DNA of 64,000 nucleotides from the NCBI GenBank assembly GCA_024704765.1, contig JAKMXF010000317.1, positions 321,848 to 385,847 of the forward strand, written 5' to 3'. The position numbers were made by a program, and so were the translations under genes. The notes beneath the pieces are model-generated. The model was given only the letters and a program-made list of their open reading frames with translations, was not told where the DNA came from and made no database searches. Every line of letters begins with the position of its first letter. Position 1 is the stretch's first letter. This DNA comes from Oopsacas minuta. Lineage: Eukaryota; Animalia; Porifera. This document shows positions 61,362 through 64,000 of this stretch, piece after piece.

Positions 61362-62706
61362 CAGGGTGGAAAGAAATTGATGCCCTAATATTATTCTTAT
61401 CATAATGTGATAATACAACAATACAATACACTAGTTATTTTCCAATATATCCACCCTTTTGTTTTATGCATAATTTCATCCTTTTTGGCATCGGATACTA
61501 AATTCTCCAAAGTTTCTGGTGAATTTTGAGACCACGCCTGCTTGATGTGTTTTTCGAGCATTGAAATATTGGTTGGAGTGTCCATCAGTTCAATCTCTTG
61601 CTTTACGATAGACCATAAATTTTCTATCGGGTTGAGATCAGGAGAGTTGCCTGGCCATTGACTCTTATGCCAAAACTCAACTAAGTTGGTATTGCACCAT
61701 TCTTGTGCTCTTTTGGCTGTATGTGCCGGCGCACCATCCTGTTGGAAATGTACCGTGAGATGTCTGGCAACAACTTCCTAGTTAAAATACTGCCCTGTTC
61801 TGGTTGACGAAGCAAACTGGACATCAATGACCCATTTAATATCTCGTTCACATAATATTCAGCTGTGATTGTTTTGCATTTTGGGATGAAATGAAGTTCT
61901 GATACAGCTCTAAACGACATTACACCCCATACAAGGATTTTTAAGGGAAATTTTATTCTTTCAGAGGGTAAAAGCTGAGATCGGTCATAAGCCCAGACAC
62001 GATCATTTTGACTATTAGGATGTGGATATATCTCAAAGGGTGATTCGTCTGAAAACAATACTCGACACCAGTCTTCTATTTTTCAAGTTTTTCGATCTCG
62101 ACAAAACTTTAGGCGAGCGGTCCGCTGTTTTTCAGTAATTTTCGGCTGTTTTTGAGGTTTGAAAGGAATTACTTTGAGTGTACTCCTTAAATACTTACGC
62201 ACAGCAGTATGAGAAACTGCACAACCCTTTGAGCGTAAACGTTTAGCTAATTTCTGTGTTGATTGATGTCTCTTGGAAATAGATTTGGCTATGACGATTT
62301 TTGCAACTTTTGTAAGTTTTGATTTACGTCCACGTCCATGCATATTTTCTAGGGAACCTTCATTCTGATAACGGGATAGCCATCGTCGAATTGTACGAAT
62401 ATTCACACCTAACTTTTCTGAAGCACATTTTTGGGTCATTCCTCCTAATACGATTCCTACAGCCCTGCTTCTTGCACATGAACTGGTCTCCCTAACCATT
62501 ATTATCAGCTGAAATTTGGATAAACAAATCTGATAAATAATATAAATAAAATACGCTTCCTAAGCAAGAACAATATGTCAAAATCAAAGAACAAAACGTA
62601 AGAAATAAATAACTGATGAAAATATGGTAATTATCAAACTTCAAGAATATTTTGGGTTCATAATATAAATTAGGTCAGTAGGGCATCAATTTCTTTCCAC
62701 CCCCTG
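61362..62706 (-). mobile_element. Tc1/mariner-superfamily transposon with a DD37E triad, 1345 bp, frameshifted transposase (62499 to about 61440)
   Basis: TIRs CAGGGTGGAAAGAAATTGATGCCCTA / TAGGGCATCAATTTCTTTCCACCCCCTG with TA on both flanks. HTH region 62083-62499; FSDES, QQDGAPAH and WPGNSPDLNPIENLW motifs, with 37 residues counted between the second D and the E. Confidence 0.92.
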
Positions 62707-63405
62707 TACACACCAAAATGTATTCAAATGGCAATTTTCTCAATCGGACTACTAGATTTCTCAGGAACGCAGGTACGGATTTAAGCAAGTCGTACATCCT
62801 ACATGCCAATAGGGAATCTGTCACGCTTTAACTGGTCCGGCCCCTGTAGTAGCCCCAGAATATACCCGACTATAATATCCTCGGGTATGTTCTAGCCTTG
62901 CCCACTTCTTACCTGAGTATATTTGAGGACGTGGTATAATCTATGCAGTTACACAGGAACAGTTGTGGTCGCTATTACTGGTTTACCATTTGCAGAACGA
63001 TCTTACAGGATCAGTATTGGCGCCCACTAAACTATCAGTGAGTTATTTATGTCTATACTTAAGTTCTAAGCATAATAACTGAATGAACCTCCGGTAAGAG
63101 ACCTCCCATTTAGCCAGACCAGTTATGAATGTTACACCTGGTCCCGAACGATTTGTGGCATCCATAACTGGTGCGACCGGAATATTACAGGAGTTATACT
63201 AAAAATTATACTTTTTGCATTGAAAGGTCATGAAAGCTCAATTAAGATATATTTACATACAAATATGACTCCAAAAACAGTAAATAGATACAAACTATTC
63301 ATACAAATGTAAAATCTACAAACTATCGGGGAAATTAATACAATGTTATTAAAATCAGTAATATGAAGTTGGGGTGGTAAGAAAGATATTCTTTACAGAT
63401 TTTCT

Positions 63406-64000
63406 TTAGATTGCTTCATACGGATTATAAGGTGTACTGTCGCATACTGGGTTACTCAAGATATGGTCAGATTCATTCTGTACGCTTTTATTTTGGTAGA
63501 TCAGCATATCATTTCCGTATACTGGATTAGTGTTGTCATCAATTACCAACCTAGTATTACTTACATATTCATACATCGGGGGTGGATGATCTGGGATATC
63601 ACTCGCATCACAATATATATTCGCCTTGTGAGTTGCTCCAAAAGCCCATTGTTTCTTTGATTTGGGTTCCTCATATATTGGAGAACCGTTTTGAATTGTA
63701 TCCAAATTAGAGTAGACTCTCTCTTCAGTTTGAAACGTAGATTGCTCAAAACCTAGAAATTAAATTCATACTCTTAACTTTTGAGGTTAATAAAACTTCA
63801 TAAACGGAAGCACATACGTGTATATATACTGTTTGACACCTAAAATGAAGTTTTCCAAATGTTATTGAGAAATACTCACCAATATTCGATGCTCTCTCAA
63901 TGTCTAATTCCTTGGTCTTAACTCTCTCCATTGTACTCTTTTCTCCAGCTGTTTTTCTGAACTTGCTACTCACTTGAGAACTACTTGTCGCTGAGGAGGA
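63406..64000 (-). CDS. Last two exons of a gene running off the window: Ser-rich linker plus tyrosine-motif-rich C-terminal tail
   Basis: Exon 64000-63880 (GTGAGT donor), intron 63879-63753 (TTTCTAG acceptor), exon 63752-63406 in frame: ...ERVYSNL...IYEEP...IYCDA...MYEYV...NPVY...LIYQN...NPYEAI*. Confidence 0.65.

Overview
AT-rich eukaryotic (animal) genomic DNA, densely filled with DNA transposons. The gene content (intronless coiled-coil+NHL proteins, TRAF-like, Frizzled/Smoothened-like 7TM) suggests a sponge, possibly a glass sponge; this is an inference. Intact-looking genes: a 676-aa multi-pass membrane protein, two NHL beta-propeller genes (each with a frameshifted paralog in the window), a 7-exon monoglyceride lipase, an ADAP/centaurin-alpha-like protein, a TRAF-like protein, a 4-exon atypical Rho GTPase, an unknown ~381-aa protein and the 3' end of a tyrosine-rich receptor-like gene. 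Mobile elements include three hAT lineages, a P/Galileo-like element, a DD37E Tc1/mariner element, many MITEs and Helitron-like repeats. The strongest observation is at 1-4776: a Buster-type hAT transposase is split in-frame by a 3.7-kb host segment carrying a 3' rhodanese fragment, the intact membrane-protein gene and a decayed 5' MCU fragment (gene capture). Second, 54-64 kb holds signalling proteins with non-canonical active sites or topology: an ArfGAP without its arginine finger, a TRAF with a transmembrane helix, and a Rho lacking G12/T35/G60/Q61. All alignments and counts were done by eye; no database searches were run.
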